A DNA stretch of 64,000 nt from a virus, in the IMG/VR virus record IMGVR_UViG_3300026189_000003, positions 43,641-107,640 of that record. One strand, given 5' to 3'. Position 1 is the stretch's first letter; the number at the start of each line of letters is the position of its first letter. The notes beneath the pieces are model-generated. The model was not told where the DNA came from, ran no database searches, and saw only the letters and a program-made list of their open reading frames with translations. Positions 21,123 through 29,851 of this stretch are shown here, piece after piece. Position numbers and translations under genes: made by a program.

Positions 21123-22313
21123 TTATCGCAATGCTTCTATGTCAAAAGTGTGATCTTTAACTTTGTTAAGCCAGTATGACCATTCGCTGTTTCTGATTAA
21201 ATTGTGTTCGTATTCAAAAACATTTGATAAATTGATTAATGTATTTTGATCTATGTCTTCTAGAATAGAAGTTCTAGTTATATCACCTATGCAATATTTT
21301 ACTTCAACGTTTTCTCGAATATGTTTTATAACTTTTAACACATCACTTGTATTATAATTATCGAGTATATCGTAGTTTCCATCTTGTAGATCTAAAGTGG
21401 TCCAAATTCTACCATTGTATTTTTGATCAAATGTTTGTACAAACTCTTTGTAATTACCTTCATATGTCTTTATTAATAATTCTGTAAAAATTAATGCAGT
21501 TATTGAAACATCATAAAATGTAATTGTTTTAATATCTTCATAAACATTTAATATTTTTTTTAAACTTTCAACACCGTTAGCAACTGAGATATAGTTACTA
21601 TGTTTTTTTGCAAACTGTGATTTTCTTGGTGAAGTAGACATTGGATAGTAATAAGAATGTGGATGCAATTTTTCATATGATAGCATAGAACTTATTTGTT
21701 CAGGTATATCATAATAAACAAATTTTTTGATATTTCTTTCATCACCATTGAACGGTCTAATTTTATAGTCTTTTTTCAGTAGCTCACTGATAACATGACC
21801 TCCAAATTTTAATCTATCAACAGCAAGTGGTGGACGTGTATGATCTGCTTTGACCCACAACGGAGTATAATCATGATGCCAATTTTCTTCTGCTCTAACA
21901 ATATTAGTTAAGTTGTTATGAGATTTAGAATTAAAGTCAGGCTTGCCTACTTGTACCCATTGATCTACATTTATAATAAAATGTTGTGGATGTAAATGAT
22001 AATATCTTTCTTTACGATCTAAAATATGACCAATCAATGCATAGTTTGGTATATCGTCAATCATGCTTTTTAAAAAGTTGTTATCAATATGTGCAAAAAA
22101 GAAAATGCCTTCTTGTATTACTATTGCATACTTTGTTTCCAAATATTCTAACTGTTGATTAATATTGTCAATGTCACAGACAAATATTTTATCTTCATCA
22201 AAATCGTGTATTAAGTTTTGATAAAAATAATCTCGTATACTGTCTAACAGTCCTTTATTCTTTAAAATAATTAAACTAAAATTATTGAGTATTGCTTTGG
22301 TGCTTGACTGCAT
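21123..22313 (-). CDS. Hypothetical protein, 396 aa
   Basis: Long ORF overlapping the resolvase 3' end; no motif recognised with confidence. Confidence 0.7.
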   Translation of the reverse strand: MQSSTKAILNNFSLIILKNKGLLDSIRDYFYQNLIHDFDEDKIFVCDIDNINQQLEYLETKYAIVIQEGIFFFAHIDNNFLKSMIDDIPNYALIGHILDRKERYYHLHPQHFIINVDQWVQVGKPDFNSKSHNNLTNIVRAEENWHHDYTPLWVKADHTRPPLAVDRLKFGGHVISELLKKDYKIRPFNGDERNIKKFVYYDIPEQISSMLSYEKLHPHSYYYPMSTSPRKSQFAKKHSNYISVANGVESLKKILNVYEDIKTITFYDVSITALIFTELLIKTYEGNYKEFVQTFDQKYNGRIWTTLDLQDGNYDILDNYNTSDVLKVIKHIRENVEVKYCIGDITRTSILEDIDQNTLINLSNVFEYEHNLIRNSEWSYWLNKVKDHTFDIEALR

Positions 22314-22785
22314 CTTTATTATTTTCCCAGAACTGTTTATATTCTACATAACAATAGTTTTTGTAAGTTTTAGAATGTTTAAGTTCTTGCCACTGTGCTG
22401 GATCCCATAAAACAAATTCGCCTTGCCTAGATATTTTAACACACAGTAACCATTTGTCATTTGCTTCGCAACTTTCAGATGCTTGTTTGATCCATTCATC
22501 TAGCTGTTTAACTTCTCCACCTAGTGCTAATTGATGCCAACGAAACTCTCCGTAATTCTTTGCTTCAATTACTAGCAAAGGAAAACTGTCAGGCGGGATT
22601 ATGTCTCCTTTAAATCCTCTTGTTTGGCTTTCAGATAATGTTTCTGTTCTTACAATATTTTGTCCTCCTACAAAAGCACCCGAGTATGGAACTCTTGTAA
22701 ATGATTCTTGATATAGTTCAGTAAGAAAGTTTGCTACATCTCTTTCGTATGTTTTTCCTTTGTTTTTAGATTTAGTTCCACTCAT
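22282..22785 (-). CDS. Holliday junction resolvase-like PD-(D/E)xK nuclease
   Basis: SKNKGKTYERDVA...GDII...IEAKN. Confidence 0.8.
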   Translation of the reverse strand: MSGTKSKNKGKTYERDVANFLTELYQESFTRVPYSGAFVGGQNIVRTETLSESQTRGFKGDIIPPDSFPLLVIEAKNYGEFRWHQLALGGEVKQLDEWIKQASESCEANDKWLLCVKISRQGEFVLWDPAQWQELKHSKTYKNYCYVEYKQFWENNKDAVKHQSNTQ

Positions 22786-23117
22786 TTTAATTTCCATTCA
22801 TATCCAATAGTTAATCCTATATTTTCTTTATCGTACTCATATGCAGGTGCTATAAACCATCCTCTATCTGTGTATCTCATAAAAGGTACAACGTCTCCTC
22901 CGCTGTATCCAGTTGCTAGACCTATTTCTAATTTTACATACTTGTCTATATCAAATTCTTTTCCTGCGTATATACTAATTGATTCTTCACTATTATAAAA
23001 CGCACCAGTTATCGTGTTATCTATTTGACATCTTGCATGAGGATGAATACTATTATAATTTCCTTCTAGTCCTATGTGCATTGATACTGCCATTAATATT
23101 GATAAACAGGTATTCAT
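22782..23117 (-). CDS. Small predicted beta-barrel protein (PagP-like pattern)
   Basis: Alternating beta strands, GAFYNS...SIYAG...GLATGY, aromatic near the C-terminus. Confidence 0.5.
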   Translation of the reverse strand: MNTCLSILMAVSMHIGLEGNYNSIHPHARCQIDNTITGAFYNSEESISIYAGKEFDIDKYVKLEIGLATGYSGGDVVPFMRYTDRGWFIAPAYEYDKENIGLTIGYEWKLK

Positions 23118-23771
23118 TTATTTAAACTGATTTTCTTTTCTTTTGCCTTTAGATATTTTACCTTTTCTATTAGCTTTAATTAGCCTTCGAAGATCCTTCC
23201 ATGATTTGAATTTTCTATCATATGCAACCATTCCAGGAAAGGTACGTCGAAATGCTTCTTCAATGTCTTCGTCTATTTTTTTCAAAACATCTTTTTCTGG
23301 GTATGTGCCCAGATTGTCCCAATCACAAATGTCCCAGTTGTTAATATCTTTCCAGTCACCGTCGATTATAATATTACTTCTTTCCCAGTCCATGTGTGCA
23401 TGAGGTGATGTTTCTTTATAATTTTTTAAACAAAACTTTTTATACATATCTCTAAATTCAATTGGATCTACGGTTCTTCTGAAAAATCCAGTTTGGAACA
23501 TTTCTAAAACAGTTACTCCGGGAATTTCTTTGTACTCGCACCATACTTCCGTTTCACTATCAGCTTGGTAGTTTAATAGATAGCCAGGCTTTACTTCATT
23601 AAGTAATCTCACGTGATAGTTTAACCAACCGACGTGTTTGACTCTATATCCTTGAGTCCATTCTTTCCTGTATCTGTTTCCAACCTTGTAAGTTTTTTGA
23701 ACTTTGTTAGGGTTGGTACCTGTTTTGACTAGTATTTTTACTTCTTCGTAGTTCTTAATTTCGTCGCTCAT
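23118..23771 (-). CDS. Protein-kinase-like / phosphotransferase fold protein
   Basis: HMDWERSNIII...ICDWD resembles the HxDxxxxN...DFG catalytic motifs. Confidence 0.55.
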   Translation of the reverse strand: MSDEIKNYEEVKILVKTGTNPNKVQKTYKVGNRYRKEWTQGYRVKHVGWLNYHVRLLNEVKPGYLLNYQADSETEVWCEYKEIPGVTVLEMFQTGFFRRTVDPIEFRDMYKKFCLKNYKETSPHAHMDWERSNIIIDGDWKDINNWDICDWDNLGTYPEKDVLKKIDEDIEEAFRRTFPGMVAYDRKFKSWKDLRRLIKANRKGKISKGKRKENQFK

Positions 23772-23847
23772 TAAAAAAAATTTCCTTTAGATTTAATGCT
23801 ATTACTTAATATAATACATTTTTTTAAAAAAAGCAATGGAAAAAAGG

Positions 23848-23877
23848 TTGACTTTAGATATATGAGTCCCGTATTGT
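23848..23877 (+). promoter_or_regulatory. Sigma70-type promoter pointing into a non-coding region
   Basis: AAAGG-TTGACT-18-TATTGT; same AAAGGTTGACT context as the promoter at 63312. Confidence 0.6.
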
Positions 23878-23883
23878 TACACA

Positions 23884-24240
23884 CTATAGGCACTCTTTAG
23901 GCAGAACAGGCAAAACTTAGGCAATATAGCATCTCTACAAGGCGCGAACTACTCTGTAACAACAGCGGCGAATCGCATGATGCAAGGCAAGTGTTAACTC
24001 AGGCACAAATGATGACAGCTCTGCTAGAAACAGATATGCAACTGTCAGCTTACACGTAAACAGCCAACTTTGGGTATGTGTAGGTTCCGTTGGATGAAGC
24101 AGGAATTATAGGGGTATCGGCCAACCGCCTCTGCAATGTTCCTCAAGTTGGTATGACGATCTCTGGTAATATATCAAAGGTCCCTTCGCCCGGCAACGGG
24201 TGAAGTATGGCCAAATCCAGGTAATAGGTATAAAGAACAC
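23884..24240 (+). ncRNA. Candidate large structured ncRNA of unrecognised class
   Basis: No ORF of 60 aa or more; GC-enriched; many stems, GCAA-capped 9-bp hairpin, two candidate pseudoknots, 5' AGGCA repeats; boundaries approximate. Confidence 0.7.
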
Positions 24241-24349
24241 ATACAACTATCACTTTCTAATACGATGTAATTAAAATTTTTGCTTTTAGAAAACTAACGC
24301 AGAGCGTTGTACAATAGAGCTTATGCTCTATTCCTACGTAGAAACAATC

Positions 24350-24580
24350 TTAGACAATTGGTATCATTGATCCTTTGAACTTTTCAACATTATCTTTTAT
24401 AAACTCCTGTATGACTTTTTTATCTTCATAGGTCAACAGCCAGGCCTGATCGATATTGATTGATCCTCTCATGTACCAACATATTTCAGTGATGTTCTTT
24501 TTAATGTCTAGTGATTCAGTGGCCAACTCGTCAAAGTAGGTTGCGATCTCAGACGGCGAGCTTGTGATTAAGAAGTTACG
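24350..24580 (-). CDS. gp51-like baseplate/tail assembly domain, probably expressed by -1 frameshift from the gp26-like gene
   Basis: 76-codon frame RNFLITSSPSEIATYFDELATESLDIKKNITEICWYMRGSINIDQAWLLTYEDKKVIQEFIKDNVEKFKGSMIPIV; begins at T TTT TTC. Confidence 0.7.
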   Translation of the reverse strand, partial: RNFLITSSPSEIATYFDELATESLDIKKNITEICWYMRGSINIDQAWLLTYEDKKVIQEFIKDNVEKFKGSMIPIV

Positions 24581-25407
24581 AAAAAATCCGCAGGATCCAA
24601 CCTAACTTCAGTTTCAAATTCTTTTTCAGTGTCTGGACAGATAAGAGTTTGTTTAGTATTAGTGCCTACGGTGTTTAGCTCGTTAATTTTTGCATCAATT
24701 TTTTTAGTGTCGTGTGTGGTCGAATTTTCTAAAAACTCTTTGATGTGTTTTGAATCAATTACTGCATCGCCTTCTGGCGTTACAATTTTTTGTATACTCT
24801 CAACAGTGACGTCAACGTTCAAGTTAGCTAATTTTACAAACATGGATTTGAACTGTTTGGCCTGTGCGCCATCAATGTCTTCGATGTTTTTAATTGCTTT
24901 GGCTTGATCGTATGCTGTAAGATTGATTCTTGTTTGTGTTGAGTAGTTGAAAGGTTTAACATAAACAGAACAACCATTATCTAGTACAACACAATTGGTT
25001 TCAGGTATTTCTGTGACCTGTTCCAGAATGTTGTTAAGGTTGATAGAATATGTGGTAGTTTTGTTTGAATGTGGTGATTTAATTTTTGTTTCCATAAATT
25101 CACCATACGTGGCCATTCTTATTGCAATCAGCAACAAGTCCACATCACACACTGGTAAGTTTATTGGATCTTTGACATTAGGTGCACAACTGCCTACAAC
25201 TTGTACAACTGCATCACCATTTAATAGTGCATCCGGATTACGCATGATAACTTCATCTTTACCAGTCATAGCAAACACAGGTATCTCTCCTGTTACAGCC
25301 GAATCCACAACTTCATTGAACTTTCCACGTGACGGGAGTTTCACGTATAATTTTGGAGCTCTATAAAACTGTTTTAACGGATTTTGATTTTTATCTTTTT
25401 GTTCCAT
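24568..25407 (-). CDS. gp26: Baseplate hub assembly chaperone, gp26-like
   Basis: NPLKQFYRAPKLYVKLPSRG, MTGKDE..MRNPDALLNG, DVDLLLIAIRMATYG, C-terminal DPADFF. Confidence 0.8.
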   Translation of the reverse strand: MEQKDKNQNPLKQFYRAPKLYVKLPSRGKFNEVVDSAVTGEIPVFAMTGKDEVIMRNPDALLNGDAVVQVVGSCAPNVKDPINLPVCDVDLLLIAIRMATYGEFMETKIKSPHSNKTTTYSINLNNILEQVTEIPETNCVVLDNGCSVYVKPFNYSTQTRINLTAYDQAKAIKNIEDIDGAQAKQFKSMFVKLANLNVDVTVESIQKIVTPEGDAVIDSKHIKEFLENSTTHDTKKIDAKINELNTVGTNTKQTLICPDTEKEFETEVRLDPADFFVTS

Positions 25408-25421
25408 TTATTATTTCCTAA

Positions 25422-25458
25422 TATTTATAAAGTACACATATTAAGGTCTATATAAATA
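25422..25458. promoter_or_regulatory. Back-to-back late promoters for the gp26-like gene (-) and tape measure (+)
   Basis: TATAAATA on the minus strand at 25422-25429 and on the plus strand at 25451-25458. Confidence 0.75.
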
Positions 25459-25513
25459 TCTTTATAGTAATACTTATAAGGAATATTAACTGCGTACTTA
25501 ATTATTTATCATT

Positions 25514-27862
25514 ATGGATTTTATAGATATTGACATCGACGGAAAAAATGTAAGAATACCAGAATTCGCTTCTGATAAGAGTATTCAGCAGATTCACAAG
25601 GTCCTTAAAGAACAGCTAAAAGTCTCTTTGGGTAACAAAGATGGCAAAGCCATTGCCAAGTTGCTCAGCACAAGAAACACCCAATCACAGAAAATAGCGG
25701 CCGCAGAAGAGAAGGCAAGAAAAAAAGCAGAAAAAGATAGAGAGAGACAGACAAAAGCTCAAGAGAAAGCAAACGATGAACTAAAAAAACATGGTCAAAA
25801 ATTAGATGCCAATCAAGGCATATTAAAAAAAGCCATGGACAACTTGGCAGGTTCAGGTGGTGTGTTTGGATCAGCCATGGGAGGCATAAGCAAGTTTGCA
25901 AGATTTATTAGTCCACTGACAGCGGCCTTTGCCGGTTTGGTAAAAGGTGTACAAGCGGCCTTTAAATTTTTAATGAGATTAGGAAGACTAGAAAATACAT
26001 TGTTCAGAACAGGACTATCAGGATTTTCTGATAGAGATGGTCAAGTGGCAACAGGAGTATCCACTTTTGCCAAGCAGGCACTAGATGCCAATCTAAGTAT
26101 TGATCAGTTTGCAGAATTGACTCAGCAGTTTGCAACAGCGGCCGGTGAGTTTGGAACACAAACTTTATCAGATGCAATCAACAGCACACAGAACTTAATC
26201 AAAGAACAAGGCTTCTTGGGTTTATCAGTAAATGAAATGGCAGGAGCCACTGCTGAAGTTTCTGATGTGTTAAGACAATTAGGTTTCGATCAAACAATGC
26301 AGAGTGGTACTATTGCAACACAGACAGTACAACTTTTGAGAACAACACAGGCATTCACAAAATTAACAAACGCATCAAACGAATTAATTAGAACTTTAAC
26401 CTTACAGGCAAGTCAAGTCAATTCATTTACCAATGCATTACAAATGTTAGATGGTGGTAGCAGATTGTCAACATTGGAAGCGGCACAAACAGCCTTTGCA
26501 GGATTGGCCGCATTTGGAGAAGGTGCAGGTAGCGAATTAGCAATGGCAGTATCAGATGCAATAGGTAAAGGTGGATTACAGTTCACACAATTCGGACAAG
26601 ACTTACAGGCAGTGTCACCGGGACTATTTGCTAGTTTACAAAATTTATCTGAAGTAGTTAAAGCTGATGGTGATGTGATTGGAGCATTAGATGATTTCAA
26701 AGATGCAATTAAAGATGTAGATGAAGGACAAAGACCATTCTTACGTAACTTGATGATTGCAGGAGTACCGATGGCAGACTTTGTAACTAGATTGGCCAAT
26801 ATGTCAGATATCATAGATGACAACAGTTTTTCAATCATGGAAGAAACCAAGGCACGTGAAACAGCAGGACAGCTAGGTAAAATACAAGCAGAGCTGGCTC
26901 AAATCATTGCCAAAGTCAAAACTGCATTTACATCATTGTTGGTTTCATTTTTAACACCAGATGTGATAAACGGTTTTGCAACAGTGATGGAAGTGGTGAT
27001 GGGTGCGTTAGACAAATTAGCAAATTACATCAAAGGTGATTTCTTTGACAGCCTTAATGGTTATATGCACAAGATAGGAAACTTTATATCACAACTGTTT
27101 GATGGCAGTATGTTTAACAATATAATAGGTGGCATGAGCACAGGCTTAACAGATATGTTTGTTGCAATATTAAGCAAAGCAATGGCACTGGTAACACCAG
27201 GTGGTCATGATGCAGATACATTTAAATTATTAGATCAGCACATGGCAAGTTACAAAGATGCTACAGGTAAAATGAAAGGTATGTCACCAGGAAATCCGCA
27301 ATACGCACAATTGCAGAAACAACAATCAGATGCTATCAAGGCCATGTATCTAGCTGAAGGTGGATATGATAAGGATGAGATCGACAAGTATATAAAGACA
27401 GGTAAAGACACATCTAGTTTAAGAAATATGGATAGATTCATGAGAGGCAAAGGCTTCTTTGGTGTAGGCTATGGTGATAGCAATTTAGATCACAAGGCGG
27501 CACTTGTAGATAGTGTAGGACAGTACGGGTACAGCTTTGACGACCAACCCAAGAAACAAATGACATCCACAGGATTCAAAGACAGTGAATATGTGCCAGG
27601 TAGTTCAACTTACGATAATCCATATGCAGGAAAATTTGGTCGTGTAGAAGCAATGGATTTTGGAACATCGGTCACTAAATCAAATATTAAAATAATGCCA
27701 ATGATGGGTGATGCCAGCAGTCCAAGTAAGACTGTAAATGAAAAATTGTTAGAAGAATATATTAAAGCAAATGAATTATCTGCAGAACAAACTGCTGAAT
27801 TACGTAAGATGTATAATGAATTGATAAAAATCAACAGTAATACCAAAGAAACCCAAACTTAA
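25514..27862 (+). CDS. Tape measure-like protein
   Basis: 782 aa, Ala/Gly/Leu-rich and helical; divergent from the chaperone gene and upstream of portal. Confidence 0.65.
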   Translation: MDFIDIDIDGKNVRIPEFASDKSIQQIHKVLKEQLKVSLGNKDGKAIAKLLSTRNTQSQKIAAAEEKARKKAEKDRERQTKAQEKANDELKKHGQKLDANQGILKKAMDNLAGSGGVFGSAMGGISKFARFISPLTAAFAGLVKGVQAAFKFLMRLGRLENTLFRTGLSGFSDRDGQVATGVSTFAKQALDANLSIDQFAELTQQFATAAGEFGTQTLSDAINSTQNLIKEQGFLGLSVNEMAGATAEVSDVLRQLGFDQTMQSGTIATQTVQLLRTTQAFTKLTNASNELIRTLTLQASQVNSFTNALQMLDGGSRLSTLEAAQTAFAGLAAFGEGAGSELAMAVSDAIGKGGLQFTQFGQDLQAVSPGLFASLQNLSEVVKADGDVIGALDDFKDAIKDVDEGQRPFLRNLMIAGVPMADFVTRLANMSDIIDDNSFSIMEETKARETAGQLGKIQAELAQIIAKVKTAFTSLLVSFLTPDVINGFATVMEVVMGALDKLANYIKGDFFDSLNGYMHKIGNFISQLFDGSMFNNIIGGMSTGLTDMFVAILSKAMALVTPGGHDADTFKLLDQHMASYKDATGKMKGMSPGNPQYAQLQKQQSDAIKAMYLAEGGYDKDEIDKYIKTGKDTSSLRNMDRFMRGKGFFGVGYGDSNLDHKAALVDSVGQYGYSFDDQPKKQMTSTGFKDSEYVPGSSTYDNPYAGKFGRVEAMDFGTSVTKSNIKIMPMMGDASSPSKTVNEKLLEEYIKANELSAEQTAELRKMYNELIKINSNTKETQT

Positions 27863-27880
27863 TAAGGTTGATAAAAACAC

Positions 27881-27914
27881 TTGACAACAGCAAAGAAAAC
27901 ATATACTATAAATA
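27881..27914 (+). promoter_or_regulatory. Overlapping sigma70 and late promoters upstream of portal
   Basis: TTGACA-17-TACTAT, and TATAAATA at 27907-27914. Confidence 0.65.
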
Positions 27915-27921
27915 ATATATC

Positions 27922-29643
27922 ATGAGTTGGCGAAAATATTTTAAAGAATACGGTACAGAAGCTGGAACAAACTCTCCAATAGGGAGTACTTCTACATCAG
28001 CAAATAATACCGCTCACAGCAAGTATAACACTTGGTTACCAGAAGTGTATGCTGGTATGCCGAACAGACGTGAAAGATACTATCAATATGACATGATGGA
28101 TCTTGACACAGAAATTAATGCGGCGATGGATACTATTGCTGAATTTTGTTCTCAAATAGACGAAGAAACAGGTTCACCTTTTAGTATCAAATACAAAGAT
28201 GAGCCAACTGACACTGAATCAGGTTTGTTAACTGACACATTAAATCAGTGGAACAAAATTAATCAATGGCAAAAAAGATGCTTCAAGATGGTACGAAACA
28301 CTATCAAGTACGGAGATCAAATGTTTGTCAGAGATCCACAAACATACAAATGGTATTGGGTAGATCCAACTACTGTTGAAAGAATTGTTGTTAATGAAGG
28401 TAAAGGTAAAAAACCTGAAGCATACTTCATTAAAAATTTAGATCTTAATGTTAAAAATTTAAATATCACATCAGATGCTTATTCACATTTTAATTCACCG
28501 TTGAGCGGTGGTAATCAAGCATTAGGTTCACCAATGTCAGGTGGACAATCAAACAGAGCATATCAACCAACAGGACAATCAGCCGCAGGCGGATATGGCG
28601 GAACAAGATTTCAAAGAGATGCAACTGTGTATCCAATTGATGCATCACACGTTGTACATTTAAGTTTAACAGAAGGCATGGATAGATTTTGGCCTTTTGG
28701 AATTAGTTTATTAGAACCTATTTTTAAAACTTTCAAACAAAAAGAACTTTTAGAAGATTCAATAATCATTTACAGAGTACAAAGAGCACCTGAAAGACGT
28801 GTGTTCTATATTGACGTAGGTAATATGCCAACATCAAAAGCAATGTCATTCATTGAAAGAGTTAAAAACGAAATACACCAAAGAAGAATTCCAAACCAAA
28901 CAGGTGGTGGTTCAAATGTTATGGATGCAACTTACAATCCATTGTCAATGATAGAAGACTATTTCTTTGCTCAAACGGCAGAGGGCAGAGGATCTAAAGT
29001 TGAAACACTGCCAGGTGGAACACAACTAGGTGAAATAGATGATTTAAGATATTTTAATGATAAGCTAATGAAAGGTTTAAGAGTACCAAGTGCGTACTTA
29101 CCAAGTTCACCAAACGATCCGCAAACTGCATTCACAGATGGTAGAGTTGGTACAGCTTACATTCAAGAATTTAGATTTACGAAGTTCTGTAAAAGAATAC
29201 AAAACTTCATACAACCTAGTGTTGATAGAGAATTTAAAATGTTCTTAAAACACAGAGGTATTGAAATTGATTCAGGTATGTTTGAATTACAATTTAATGA
29301 ACCACAAAACTTTGGCAAGTACAGACAAATTGAATTAGATACACAGCTAGTTAATATCTTTAACCAAGTACAACAAGTACCTTACATTAGTAAGAGATTT
29401 GCTCTTAAACGTTTCTTAAAAATGAGTGAAGATGAAATTTATGAGAATCAAAGATTATGGGCTGAAGAAAATAAATCTCAAATGCCAGGTGAAGAAGCTG
29501 TTGCAGATGATTTAGGTGCAGTAGGCGGAGCACCAATGCCAGCAAGTGATATGCCAACATCAGCAGATGATGTAAGTCCAGATGACGATGGACAGACTTC
29601 ACCTATACCAGGTGATCAATCAGATAACACAGAAGAAGCTTAA
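27922..29643 (+). CDS. gp20: Portal vertex protein
   Basis: LLEDSIIIYRVQRAPERRVFYIDVGNMP, EDYFF, VETLPGG..LGEIDDLRYF. Confidence 0.97.
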   Translation: MSWRKYFKEYGTEAGTNSPIGSTSTSANNTAHSKYNTWLPEVYAGMPNRRERYYQYDMMDLDTEINAAMDTIAEFCSQIDEETGSPFSIKYKDEPTDTESGLLTDTLNQWNKINQWQKRCFKMVRNTIKYGDQMFVRDPQTYKWYWVDPTTVERIVVNEGKGKKPEAYFIKNLDLNVKNLNITSDAYSHFNSPLSGGNQALGSPMSGGQSNRAYQPTGQSAAGGYGGTRFQRDATVYPIDASHVVHLSLTEGMDRFWPFGISLLEPIFKTFKQKELLEDSIIIYRVQRAPERRVFYIDVGNMPTSKAMSFIERVKNEIHQRRIPNQTGGGSNVMDATYNPLSMIEDYFFAQTAEGRGSKVETLPGGTQLGEIDDLRYFNDKLMKGLRVPSAYLPSSPNDPQTAFTDGRVGTAYIQEFRFTKFCKRIQNFIQPSVDREFKMFLKHRGIEIDSGMFELQFNEPQNFGKYRQIELDTQLVNIFNQVQQVPYISKRFALKRFLKMSEDEIYENQRLWAEENKSQMPGEEAVADDLGAVGGAPMPASDMPTSADDVSPDDDGQTSPIPGDQSDNTEEA

Positions 29644-29647
29644 TATA

Positions 29648-29851
29648 TTAATGTATTGTTTGGTTAGTAGGCTCTACTACTACATCATCATTAATACGAT
29701 CCATTAGGTATTGGGCAACAACTTTTAGATCAGCAATGGTATTTCTTTCTTCTTCGTCAAGGTCTTTACGATCTTCCATTATAACAATGTAATTGTTAAT
29801 AGCATCAAGCTCAGCTTGGAAAAGTTCTTTTACACTTACAATTTTTTCCAT
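29648..29851 (-). CDS. Hypothetical protein
   Basis: 67-aa ORF filling the gap, with AAAGG upstream and a minus-strand TAAATA near 29876. Confidence 0.55.
   Translation of the reverse strand: MEKIVSVKELFQAELDAINNYIVIMEDRKDLDEEERNTIADLKVVAQYLMDRINDDVVVEPTNQTIH

Noticed and set aside
23888-23923. AGGCA repeats as a CRISPR mini-array
   Set aside because: Units are 5 nt with 4-6 nt spacers, far too short; no cas genes in the window
23884-24240. Group I/II intron, tRNA, tmRNA or RNase P as the identity of the structured region
   Set aside because: It does not interrupt a gene, and I found no group I P7 core, group II domain V, T-loop/CCA end or RNase P P4 signature by eye
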